A stretch of 63,286 bases of DNA, filler included, from Choristocarpus tenellus KU-1152 (lineage: Eukaryota; Protista; Phaeophyceae), in the NCBI GenBank assembly GCA_964200185.2. It is 14 parts of 14 records of this genome, joined end to end, with 100 filler letters (N's around TTAATTAATTAA, not from the genome) between each part and the next. Parts side by side here need not be neighbours in the genome. Positions count along the whole stretch, not along the records: positions 7,077 to 18,077 come from CAXNAD020002572.1; positions 18,178 to 23,847 come from CAXNAD020010073.1; positions 23,948 to 27,917 come from CAXNAD020016855.1; 11 more parts are not named here. One strand, written 5' to 3'. Numbering within the stretch: position 1 is the first letter of the stretch; every line of letters begins with the position of its first letter. Of this stretch, positions 12,240-23,955 are shown piece by piece. Under the pieces are notes generated by a model. It ran no database searches, was not told the DNA's origin, and saw nothing but the letters and a program-made list of their open reading frames with translations. Both the position numbers and the translations under genes were made by a program.

Positions 12240-14700
12240 CCTCCTCTCCATACACAACACAATAAAAAAAGGCACAATTACGGTCCAAAACATATTTTCA
12301 TACATCAGAGTGTGTTATGGGGCTTGCTTCTGTGTGATCGGGGGTGATGAGAACCACCAGAGATGAGCATCAGAAAGGAAGAGAGAAATGAGACTCAGGG
12401 GTATGTTGACAGCCTCAGCATGCCATATGGATTGGTCGCAATCAGTCAAACAGAAAACACCATCTCTGGCATAGCTGGTTTGAATCCACCAACCATGTTG
12501 GGGTTACCGCGCCCAGTTATACGTCTGACCCACACCATTATATATACACTGGCCTCAATGGCAAAATGTGTCGCGAGCAATCGATATTACAGTGTGTAAT
12601 ATCTTCATCAGTGTCGGGAGATCCCAAAAAGGGGTCCTGTCCTTGATATTAATCCTCCCCCAGTGTGGATTCCATCCAATACAAACAAAAAAATGCCTGG
12701 CCAGCACTTTATCTCGAACATGTCCTTTGTTTGGGAGAAAAGTATATTAATCATGATTGAATCAACTCATAAAGAAAAATTATTAAACAAAGAAAAGGTG
12801 GAGCACTGCTGGTGATCAGGCCTAGGTCACACTTTAGTCCAAGGTAGGAAAATCTGTGTTAAATGAATGGGTGGAAAGGGTACTGAGAAAAATAGCTTGG
12901 GTCAACTGTCTCCTACGTGCCCCCAGGGATCTGAGGGGATGAAGCTCAATAACAACACAGCTTTGGTGCATCAAGTCAGCTACAGGGGAGTGTTGGGGGG
13001 ATAACTCCAAGAGAGATCGGAGAACTCGTGTTCTCTTACTGTCAACTTTAGAACAACACTTGCCAACCAAGATGAGTTGGACTCAATATATTTGTGGTAC
13101 GTGATTTTTTAGCATTGGTCAAGTGTTTTGAATAATATGCATGCTTCTCACAGATGAGACCAACCTGTGTTTGCGTCTCCAGATAAGAGCTATCTTTCTA
13201 CCCCACGAGCCTGAGTCGTCTGATAGACGAGCTCAAAACACTGCCTGGACTGAGCTATGCTATTATCTTCAAGAATATTGGCATCGTATTCGCCATCTTG
13301 GAAATGAAAAAGAAATATCTTCCCTATCTGTGGAATCTGGTGACAACTGACAGAACCAGCAACCCACCAGTAGAGAGGATTTCATCGCACTTTCCGGTCC
13401 ACAAGGAGGGGTATCGCAATCATCAGAGGAGGTGAAGTTGCTTGTAGGTAGACGTCCCGTTGGTGGTAATTGAAATTCTTCGGCTGGTTTAAGGGCAGGA
13501 GGCTATCTTTTATGACATGTGACTTGTTCTCTTCCCTTTAGGTTGCAATCATCTCTGCACATTCATATTTTTTTGTGGTATTTCAGGGGAGTTTCATCAT
13601 ACATAAATGACCAGTGAGTATCCTTCAAGGCGAAGCTGGGTACATATAATTGTGAGTGGTTTTTCTCCCCACACTTATGGTCAACAATGTACAGTGTATG
13701 ACCTGGTAGTTGGCTATGTCTTTAACCTCTGACCAAGATCTGGTTCGGGTAATACCCGTCGTGAAATATTGAAATAAGGGCGTCTATGCCAAGTTCAGTG
13801 TATCCACCTTCTCTTTATGGTGTTTTTGTCCGACCACATGAGCTACTTCTCATCGGTCTTCCAAGCGTTTTACGCAATAAACAATGGGTTTTAATATGTC
13901 TTCACTCCGCAAGGGTCCTCTCTATGGGGACAATGGGTTGGGGTTTTGTGTATCATCTGAAGTACGTGGTAAACCACTCTTTATCCCCTGGCTTACAAAT
14001 TAGGAGTATATAATTTGCATTCTTAGACTAATTTCTCAGTACCATCTCATCAATATTTCGCTGCAGGTTTGTGCGATAGATATAAATTTTCCACTGTTAC
14101 CGTACTGTCTTAGTGTATTATTGTACGGTTACGGGGTGGTCTCAGGGTAAGATCAACTAGTAAAATTGGGCGCCTTCCAAACATGAGAAAAAATTGAGTT
14201 TCATGGAGAGTGGTATTATAGGCTGTGTTAAGAGCTAGTTGTACAAAGGACAACAAAGATGCCCAATCAAATTGGTCCATATTTGAATACGTGGCCAGTA
14301 TACCATGCGTCATGGGATTGATTCGTTCACGTATGCTATTGACTTTGTATCAATATTCTGTGGTCCTGATTTCATGATGATAACCGTATACTTTATGCAA
14401 TTCTGCCAGGAGTTTATTCTCAAATTCTTTACCTTGATCAGAGTGGAGTGTTTCGGGGGGGACAAGAATGGGAAAAGGACGATCGACAAGAGCTTTAGCC
14501 ACGGTTATTTCTAGCTTATTTGCAATGCGAACCAAGATTGCGAATCTTGTAAGATGATCCACGGCGGAAAAGACATATCTTACACCTTCTGACGTGATCT
14601 TAAATTTATCTAGCTGAATATTAAGCCATTGAAACAGGAGTGTCACATGATTATTTTCTGCAGGCAATAGAATAGGAGTATGGGTGGTTTTTTGTCTCTG
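12240..14700 (-). mobile_element. Degenerate Ty3/Gypsy LTR retrotransposon, 3' half (integrase, chromodomain remnant, long 3' region, polypurine tract, LTR start); left boundary approximate
   Basis: ORFs 14350..14667 (AVDHLTRF...PETLHSDQGKEFEN) and 14110..14313 (WASLLSFVQLALNTAYNTTLHETQFFLMFGRRP) are integrase core. Polypurine tract (PPT) at 12654-12661 (reverse strand) precedes a degenerate LTR start at 12648. Confidence 0.88.
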
Positions 14701-15176
14701 ACAACCCCAAACTATATCATCCCCATGGAGAGGACTTGATGAAGTAAAGGCACGTTTAACATCCGTTGCTTATCACGTAACACACTTGGAAGACCGACTT
14801 GAAGTGACAGTTCATGTGGCCAGACTTAAACCCTTCAAGGGAGGAACAGCCACTGAACCTGACATGGATGCCCTTAATTCAATCTTTTTACGATGGGTAT
14901 TACCCAAACCAGATCTTGATCAGGAGTCAAAGACACAGCCAACTTATTGGGTCTTACAATGTAGAGGGCATTGATGATCACAAGCGAGGTGTGGGAAGAA
15001 AACACTCGAAATTATTTGTACCAGCCTTGCCTTGAAGGATATTTACCGGCGGCCAGTGATGCACAGTGCAAACCCGCTGAAATACGTGAATATGCAGAGA
15101 TGATTGCAGCCTAGGGAAGAGAACAAGTTGGACCTCCCTAATGTAAGAGCCGCTAACCAGGTGACTCATAAAAGAA

Positions 15177-15696
15177 GAGTGAAAGTATCTTAGAGGGTGC
15201 GATTTTTTCCCTATCTGTCCGTTTGGGGCTTGGCTTCCCATGGCTATTTCGTGACATTTTCAGTCAAAGTATCTTAGAGAGTAGAGCCGCGTCCGTTTGG
15301 GTCCAAAATCCAATGTTGCGATTTTGATGTCATTTTGACTGCTGTCTTTGTTAGAAAGTGTCAATATTCTTGTTCCGAACACACCTTTTCACAAGGTATA
15401 CATTTTACCTAATCCTGAACATTTTGAAGTAGGAAAATGTAATAAAAAAACCCGTGGGAGGTCAAGCCCCAAATGGACAAACAGGGCAAAACTCATACCC
15501 TCTACGATACTTTCCCTCTTTGCCTACTCCGAAACATTTCAGAGTAGGCAAAATGTATACGTTATGGAAAGAGGTGTCTAGAACAAGGATATTGATACTT
15601 CCTAACAAACATGATGGCCAAAATGACATCAAAATCGCAACATTGGATTTTGGACCCCAAATGGATGTGGCTCTACCCCCTCTAAGATATTGACTC
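15177..15696 (-). mobile_element. MITE family A (outer copy, TSD AGAA) containing a nested family A copy
   Basis: AGAA-GAGTGAAAGTATCTTAGAGGGT...CCCTCTAAGATATTGACTC-AGAA. The two halves join into a normal copy when 15261-15518 is removed. Confidence 0.9.
15261..15518 (+). mobile_element. MITE family A, nested in opposite orientation
   Basis: CAGTCAAAGTATCTTAGAGAGTA...TACCCTCTACGATACTTTCCCTC; flanks TTTT/TTTG. Confidence 0.9.
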
Positions 15697-16136
15697 AGAA
15701 AGACTCTTGCCACTAGAACAGCTGAAGAACTCAAAGTACCACCAACATGATATCTATCTACAAGGAACTTCACCTCCTCTGATAATTATTATACCCTTCT
15801 TGTGGACCGGAAAGTGGATGAATTCCTCTATACTAGTGGGTTGCCGACCTGGTGAGTTGCCACTAGATTTCACAGACAGGGAAGAAATGTATTTTTTCAC
15901 TACCAAAAATGGCGGAAGCGATGCCAGCGAGTTCTTGAAGACCATACCATTGCTCAGTTCGGATGGTATTTCAAACTTGTATATCAGACGACTCAGGGCT
16001 CATGGGGAAGAAATATAGTTCTTATCCGAAGACACAAACACAGGTTGGTCTTATCTGCAAGAAGCATGCATATTATTCAAAGCATTTTATAAATACAATT
16101 TTTAAAATGCAAGTGCGCAAGCAACAAACATTTTTT

Positions 16137-16394
16137 GTGTCAAAGTATCTTAGAGGGTAGAGTCACGTCCGTTTGGGGGCCAAAACCCATTGTTGCGATC
16201 TTGATGTAGTTTTGGCCGTCGTGTTTGTTGGGAAGTGTCAATACCCTTGTTCCGGACGCTCCTTTTAATAACATATATATTTTACCTACTCCGAAATGGT
16301 TAGGAGTAGGAAAATGTAAAAAAAAACCCGTGGGAAGTCAAGTGCCAAATGGACAAACTGGGCAAAACTCGTACCCTCTAAGATACTTTCACTC
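16137..16394 (+). mobile_element. MITE family A (TSD TTTT)
   Basis: 23-bp TIRs GTGTCAAAGTATCTTAGAGGGTA / TACCCTCTAAGATACTTTCACTC. Confidence 0.92.
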
Positions 16395-16838
16395 TTTTGG
16401 GTCTAACTTATCTGGTTGTCCAAGCACCTTAGGAGGCAAGGTTGTGTACTAGAGGTGATGGTAAGAGATTATGAGTTTCTAATCACTCTTAACACTATCC
16501 CCACAAAATTCCCCAACAGATGACTTGATGAAATAAATCTGTGTGTGGTGACACTGAGCTTAATCCACTCAGATCTCTGGGGGCATGAAGGAGATAGGCA
16601 AGTCCACGCCAATTTTCTCAGTATGCTTTCCTCCCGTTAGCACAGATTTTTCTCTTGGACTAGAGTGAGACCTAGGGCTGATCACCACTAGTGCTCCAGC
16701 TTTTCATTTTTTTCCCCCTGAGTTGATTCAACCAGAATGTGTTTTCTATTTTCCTCCAAAAGGACATGTCCGACATGAAGTGCTTGCCAGCCACTTTGTG
16801 TCCGTGTCAGATGAAATCCGCATTGGGGGGGGGGGGGT

Positions 16839-17244
16839 TGTCAGGGACAGGTCCATTTTTTGGGATCTCCCACACACATTTTGTGGATATGGGGTGCAGC
16901 CATATACTTTTGCGGGCAAAAACCATGTCATCGAACTTGCCCATATCGACCACTCCACAAACCAGACATACCCACAAGATCCAGATTTGGCCAAGCAGTC
17001 AGAACGACTGTCAGAATGAAGATCCATTCCGATGCTGAATGATCCAATTTCCTGCTGTGACTTTGCCCAGTCATTCTGTGACACCCGTTGTGCACTAAGG
17101 CTTCGGTTCTGTTCTGAGTTTTCTCACCTGGCGTTGGGATCCTGGAACAAGACCTGCGAAAATTGGTCTCACCTTCTGAGGTGTAAAAGTTCAGTCTGGT
17201 GATTGCGATGGTCCCCTTTTGGAGAGAGCTTTTGACTGTTGACA
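16839..17244 (+). repeat. Putative 3' LTR (TGTCA...TGACA)
   Basis: Starts 1 nt after the PPT, with a 5-bp terminal inverted repeat. The 5' end TGTCAGGGACAGGTCCATTTTTTGGGATCTCC matches the reverse complement of 41915-41951 and 12615-12648. Confidence 0.65.
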
Positions 17245-17413
17245 CTTTTAGAGAGCGTATAATAATATAATATATATGTATATACGTCAGTTTGACTCAA
17301 CACATCTACAAAATATAAGAATTTGTTTTGCGCACGAATTCTGGAATTATTATTATTTTTTCTCTGTTTGCAATTCACCCATTCCTCTTTCCCTCTCCAT
17401 TATACCCCCACTT

Positions 17414-17690
17414 ACGACCACCAGTGCGACCTCTTCACCACTGATTTCCCGTCCTCCCCCTCCTTTTCAATGGCCAACCAACGCCAACCCCTTTCACCAC
17501 TGATCTCTGGCCAACACCCACCTCTGATGACCAACCACTGCGAACCCCCTTCGTCACTGATTTCCAGTGACTCCCCACATCTGATGACCAACCACGGCGA
17601 ACCCCCTTCGTCACTGATTTCCAGTGACCCTCCACATCTGATGACCAACCAGTGCGACCCCTTCGCCACTGATTTTCAGTCACCCCCTCC
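17414..17690 (+). repeat. 57-bp minisatellite, about 5 units, followed by three 27-bp units (about 17698-17780)
   Basis: ATGACCAACCACTGCGAACCCCCTTCGTCACTGATTTCCAGTGAC...CCACATCTG repeated; then AACCCCACACCAGTTACCAC(T/C)CCCCTC x3. Confidence 0.9.
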
Positions 17691-18602
17691 GCCCTTCAAC
17701 CCCACACAAGTTACCACTCCCCTCAACCCCACACCAGTTACCACCCCCCTCAATCCCACACCTGTTACCACTCCACTCACTCCACACCACTCCACAATAA
17801 TCCAAGAACACTCCTTCACCATCCACTTCATACCGTGTCTTAGAGCTAGGAGACATCTACACCGCCCGAACATGACCTCCCCTACCTTTTTCCCAGCATC
17901 CCCATCGGTCATGAGCGACAGGGTGGGTGGGTAGGAGAGCTTGCTCGGAGGTTGTCTTGTTCTTGCCCTCCTCATCTTGTACCCCCAGCCCTTGTCAACC
18001 TTTTCAATACTAACCATTCCTTCTTCCCTTAACAGCAGATTTCAAAAATTGAGGATGGGAGCTTTTCATTGAGGATGNNNNNNNNNNNNNNNNNNNNNNN
18101 NNNNNNNNNNNNNNNNNNNNNTTAATTAATTAANNNNNNNNNNNNNNNNNNNNNNNNNNNNNNNNNNNNNNNNNNNNGGGGGGATGGGGCGGGGGGAGCG
18201 CCGTGGCGTGCGGGGCGGGGGGAGAGTGGGGGCGGGCGGCCGAGCGTTGACATTGCAGTGGTAGTAGCATCATTATACGCTGGATATTAAAGTGAGAAGA
18301 GTCAGAACATCATTGAACCCCTCCTTGCATAGGCTGCTGTACATAGAGACTGTATTCGTTCGGGAGACATACACCCAAAAATGTGAATGCGACAAGAACA
18401 GTGCCACACATGTTGCAAAACGTGCCTACAAAAGGGGGAAGGGCCCAAACAAAAACCAAGGACACACCCAGTAATAGGCTGAAAAAAAAGGCATTACTCC
18501 ATAACACAAAGGACAAGATACGGCCTCGTTCAAGCCAGTAGGATGATGGTGACTGCATGTACCCTACACAACGGATACCCACAATATCACACAGCACACG
18601 TA

Positions 18603-20667
18603 CTACCTCATACACCCCAAGAAATCACACCGACAGGGAGCATCTTCACAGCTCACTTGCTCAAGAGTCAGCGCGGAGTAGATGGCGAGGTTTATCAGAA
18701 GCATGTCAACCAGTGCATCATCCTTGTCACAGAAGAGTCTCACCAGCCATCTGCTAAACACGGAGGAGCCTGCCCCGTGACAGGCGACACGGCCTACGAC
18801 TGTTGCAAGAACCTCAACTACACACGTTTCCGCGGGGATTGATTCAGGATGGCGCTTCTCCCCAGACTCCCCTACCTGTGACGGGGTAAACTGTGCCACA
18901 AACAGGGCCATCCTAAAAACGGTTGTTAAAATCGCCTCCTGGAGGACCCTAGCTGCTCCGCCTTCATCGACAAACGCCTTGCCAGGTGCAGTCAATTGAG
19001 GCAATAAACTACTAGTACATTGCAGTGCCTGCCCAGAGGTGGTCAGGTGGTGAACAGCTTCGGAGACCTTTGAGAATAAAGTAGGAAGAACCTGTGGGTT
19101 ACTTGTGTGTGCGACATCAGCCAAGGTCTGAATATGAGAAAAACAATGTTGGTGGGCGCAGTGGGGGTGCAGTAGGCGGTAGGGTGAGAAAAACGGTTGT
19201 TCAAGGGGATGCATAAAGTATTGTGGGATTTCTAGGCAATGCAACAGAATGTTCAAGTTGCAGCGTGCTCCACTCACCATTGCAACCTCAAGCCACTTGA
19301 TCATGGTGTCCACATGGCCTTGCCCTTTGAACGTTACTGCAAAGGCACATGGAGGCATCAACGATGACATCAACTGGACCAGACCATCCAAGTCCATCTC
19401 AACCGACTTGCGCTCCTCAGATAAGCAATTAGCAGGAGGGAATTCACATCCTACTCCCGCCATGAGGTGGAAGTCCCTTGGCACACCAGTTTGTTGAAGA
19501 AAATGCTCCAGAACAGCCCCCAGCACCATGAGCACCCAATAACTTGCTTTGTAGTCCTTCCTTGTCCTGCACCCCTCTCCCTCACGTGCATCACAACTAG
19601 AGCAAGGGTTTCCATCACAGGTGACGGGGATACCACCACTTCTGGCGTTACCACCACGGCAAATTGTGGGCAAATATTTACACACAACCTTTGCACACAC
19701 CTGCTGCGCTAGGGTTGATTCTGAAAAATGACGCCCTTTTCTGTTATCCATAGGGTCGGTACTTCTGGCATGAGTGAAGGTATCCTCACATGAGACATCG
19801 CGTACTATCTTCGCGGAAGGGGATGTACGCGAAAGGACAATGTTGCAGAGCTCAAGCTGGAAAATGGCGCACTGGAGAGCACGTCCATCAGAAGGCTGTT
19901 CTCTTGCTGTGTCCAACATTGCAGGGGGAAATATAAGCCCTTGTCAGAGTCGTGAGACACCATAAACTACTTTGACAACAAGACAACCAACTCGATAGTC
20001 AAACAGGTGGCGGGAGGAAAACGAATTTGTTTCTCTCGTCCAGTATGGATGTATCCACACGCACCGCAAATACGCGTAGTTCTGGCGCATGTTATTCTGA
20101 CCTTGTCTAAGGCATTGCACGATACTGTGAAGTACTGTCTCAAACCATTGCTCGAGTTCCTGCTGGGCTCCAGCTTGCCACACTTCAGAAGGGAGCAGCA
20201 CCCATTGCTTTACACATCGCTGGAGCACGTGACAGGCCAAGGGTCTGAGGCAATGACGCATTCGCTCCACCTAAGGCAGGGGTTACGACTCGTAAGGTGA
20301 AATCGACAGAATGGGTGAACGATTATCATGGAATAACCAGAATCCTTTCATAGTTTGAACTCGAACGCAATGGTGGCGAAAAGCGTGTATGTGGGTAGCA
20401 TATGACGCCCCTCACCAATTTGAATCGCCTCTCGTCGAATAGCACTGATCCACAATCTTGATTGACTCGGCTCCGGAGGTTTTCGTCATCTGAGGTTATG
20501 CAATGGCGTCGAGGAGGGCTTCCAGCAACCCTACGTCCAGGCAAAGGCTCAATGTGGGTCTTGAAGGCTTCACTTGCAAGTGCATTGCTAAGCCTGTAGC
20601 ATGCGGAGTACACCTCGTGGTCAGTGTTCGCCTGTTCAATGGTGAATTGAAGGAAAGTTGACACCAC
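18603..20667 (-). CDS. Lines (LINS)-like protein, multi-exon, ends uncertain
   Basis: 438-aa ORF with WLVRLFCDKDDALVDMLL, resembling the WxxxLFxEQDDxx motif of the Lines domain. Upstream exon starting 20270 (tag|GTG) splices in phase 1 via a gtcaga donor near 20101 to cag|CA near 19909. Confidence 0.5.
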
Positions 20668-21096
20668 CGTTTATGTATACTATTGGGAGGGCCATCAGAT
20701 AGAATGCACCCAGTCCAGGGTCTTCAAGGTTGTGGGATCCCAGGATCGATGCAACAGACCAATTCATCGCCACTACTAGTACCTGCTAGCATTGTGTTCA
20801 CCAGCCGGTGTAAAGCAGTCTCAACTACATTACAAAAGCAAGTTGAGTTCAACACTGACACAATCAACCAAAACCTACCGATAGTACAGCTTGAACCGTG
20901 TTTACATTGTTCATCTTTGAAAACTACTATGTTGTAATCATCAACATGGTGGTTTCTACAAATATGGCAGGCAGTTTATCTTCGTCATCCTAACCAAGTA
21001 TGTAAATTATACTCCCAAATCAGTACCCTCCCATTTGCACTGGTCATGTTTTTGCCTTTGTGCGTGCTCAGTGAGATATTCCCCATGTAACTGGTG

Positions 21097-22611
21097 ATGC
21101 GGACAGCGGTCGCTTTTGTGTCTTGTATTAAGGTGCTATGCCCAACCTTGCAGTTTCAGGTAGGGAATAGGGCAGGGGCAAGCCCAGACGATGCAATGTC
21201 ATTTGGGAGAGGATGGCAAGAGCAGGAAAAGCTGCTGCAAAAGTCGCAGACGCCAGAGAAAGCAGAAAAAGTCATTGATTTGACCAAGTCATCCCATAGA
21301 TGGAGAGGAAAAGCAAAGAGAGGACGGGGTGGGCGAAGTGGGAGCCTCGGAAAGGTAAGAAAATGCTGGGTGCAATATTGGCAAACCACTCGCACCGATC
21401 ACTGTATGAGGCTCACTTGATACACAGATGAGACCCGTATCATGGAAGAGTTCCTGTTCCACTAGGTATGTGCTGCGTCGTACCTCTGTGGTCTCTGGGA
21501 ACCTTCTTGCGGCTGTAGAACTCTCACGTCGGCCTGGGGTAGGAGAGAGACAGAGATTGTTTGTATCTCAATGTGCATGTCATTCTTCCCCTATGTCCTT
21601 CCTTCAGGAGAATGTGAAGGACGAAAGTCGGTTGAAGGGTCGTCTGATCAAGGCTGTGGTGGGAACTTCAGACACCAAGGACCTGCGGTCGTTGCTCTTT
21701 GAAGCTGACAAGATTACATCGCGCATGACAACTGTAAGTTGAACCCGTTGCTTGACGGACTGGATTGCCCTGAATTATTAGTCCATCAACTTTCCTACAG
21801 TATTAGTCCAATATATACCGAGTCTAAGGGTATTATGATACTGACATATGTGCACCTGTTCGGCCCCTGTTGCAGAAGGAGTACACGATCTTGGTGACCG
21901 CTTCTGGTCGGGCAGGGGACTGGAGTAAGGCGATAGGATGGCTCAATACCATGAAGAAAAATGGAAGAAAGCCCAACGTTTTCAGCTACAGTGCTGCAGT
22001 TGCGGCTTGTGCAAAGGCAAAGAAGCAGGAGATAGCACTGGTACGTACCTTTCCGATAGGGGTGCCTTGGTACAGTAAAATGTCTTTGGAGGTCTTCTCC
22101 GTTTCATAATAATCGAATGCAGTGACTGGTGTAGCAAATGGAGTCAAGTTGCCTAGTGAAAGTTGCCTGTGCTTTGATCTGGCATGGTGCAGTGTGTGGT
22201 CATTGTTGAAGTACTACACAATACGTGTGCTTAGCCAATAATACTGTAAGAGGTAGGGTGTAGGAGAGCATAATTTATGCATGTCAGACCATGACCAGTG
22301 TTTTGGTGTGCTTGTTTGTTGGTAAATCTAGAACAAGTGGATTTGGTGTTTGATAAAGGGACTCATTGGTACTCATATTACCAGAAAGTGGTCCATATAT
22401 GCCAGGAAATGTTGACAGTCTTCATCCAGTCCATGTCAACTGGGGATGGCTTGTATACTTCGATCAGATTTCTCCTCTTGAGACAAGCTTGCTCTGCCCT
22501 CACCCCTTTTCTATCCTTCTTCCTTGCATTTAGGACCTTATGATGGAGATGAGGATGAATGGCATCACACCAAATGCCTACACTTACTCAGCAGCTATAA
22601 CTGCATGCCAT
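21097..22611 (+). CDS. Pentatricopeptide repeat (PPR) protein, 5' part (exons 21097-21354, 21428-21538, 21608-21733, 21876-22040, 22534-22611)
   Basis: All junctions GT-AG, phase 0. PPR motifs YTILVTASGRAGDWSKAIGWLNTMKKNGRKPNVFSYSAAVAACAK and LMMEMRMNGITPNAYTYSAAITAC. Confidence 0.88.
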
Positions 22612-23955
22612 GTGAGATCCACAACCTTGACAATCTCACGGCTCTTGCAACACTACAACTCCTTGCCTTATTTTAGGACATAATTTGTGCAAGCATCATA
22701 AACACATTTGCATACAGTGACGGCTGTCTTCTGTTGCAAGGCGAGCCACTTTGCAACATGTTTGTGTTTTGACAAGATGCTCATTCTGTAGTTGCAATAT
22801 TTGTGTTACTTCAAGATGTAATGTTGTTAGCTTGAGTGTTTGTCTCCTCTACTGCAGTGCTAGTTGTACTAGTACTAGTATAATTGTAATAATACTATTT
22901 ACTCTCATTGACACTATCTTGTGCCCAAGGAGATATATATATATATATTTACTCACATACTAGTTGCCAGTGTCTACTCCAGAGCGATGGCATTTTTTAA
23001 CTATTCGTGAGATCCATTTAGTATCCATTTCAAGTTATCAGAATTTTTATGCCCGTATGACCCCGACAGTCCGATCAAGAGACCTAACATCTCCTCAATG
23101 TGGTCATGCACTTGGATCCCTACCACAGCTTATCGAGTAGTAAGCTTGGTGAAAGTGTCTGTGATACCACTACATACCTCTGTCATTTACTGTATTGGTG
23201 ACTCAAGCCGTCAACTTTGGCTTGTTGCACTGGATTGGTCCTTACCGGTGATTGGCCCTTGCCATGCCAGTGACGGGAATTAGATACGTTTTGAATAGGA
23301 TCATTTGGGAAGTATACAGTTTGTTTTTGTTGGTCAGAGTAGGGCACATGTGGACGTTGTATTGAATGCACTGTGTAAGAGATACGCCTTCCACATCTCT
23401 TAGAAGTACAGTACTTTGCTGGGGGAGATGTCCCCCAGCTAGTATAAGTCAAGAACCTGACATTCGCTGGGAGTCGGGCTGCCATCGATGACCTGCTTTT
23501 TGAAGCAGCCAGAACAGTGTTTTTTTGCCCAAGCACGACCACTTCAAGCGCTTCGTTGGACAAGACTTTGAAGGCGTGTACAGAAATTATGGAGAGGTGT
23601 GTCTTCCTATCCGAGAGACTTCATCAGAGCAGAAACGGCAGTGTCTCCTGCAGCGACCTCAAAAAGTACGCTTTTTTTTTTTAATAGCTTGTTTGGCATT
23701 GGCACAAAGAGACAAAGGCCAGGAAGCCTCGGAGTACATAAAAGGAAGTCAGAAGCCTGGGGGGGGGGGGGGGGGGGGGGGGGGTGGTGGGGGGGGGGGG
23801 GGGGGGGGGGGGGAGGAAACAACCCCCCCCCGGGGGGGGTGTTTTTTNNNNNNNNNNNNNNNNNNNNNNNNNNNNNNNNNNNNNNNNNNNNTTAATTAAT
23901 TAANNNNNNNNNNNNNNNNNNNNNNNNNNNNNNNNNNNNNNNNNNNNGAGAATCA

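Larger units (their letters stand above)
14700..17244 (+). mobile_element. Second, diverged copy of the same Gypsy family (integrase C-terminus, chromodomain, 3' region, G13 PPT, 3' LTR), interrupted by MITEs
   Basis: VTVHVARLKPF followed by YNVEGIDDHKRGVGRK (chromodomain-like). Colinear similarity to the reverse complement of 12620-13790. G-run 16825-16837 is followed by TGTCAG. Confidence 0.82.

Noticed and set aside
12589-16880. A 4.3-kb Tc1/mariner-like element with long TIRs (TA-CAGTGTG end)
   Set aside because: The inverted arms are the 3' regions of two Gypsy copies, each with PPT and LTR start; no DD34E/D transposase seen.
17323-17934. 203-aa Pro/Thr-rich ORF
   Set aside because: Open frame arises from 57- and 27-bp tandem repeats; the related array at 4229 has unit lengths not divisible by three.
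23525-23847. Poly-Gly / poly-Pro ORFs
   Set aside because: G homopolymer at a low-quality contig end.
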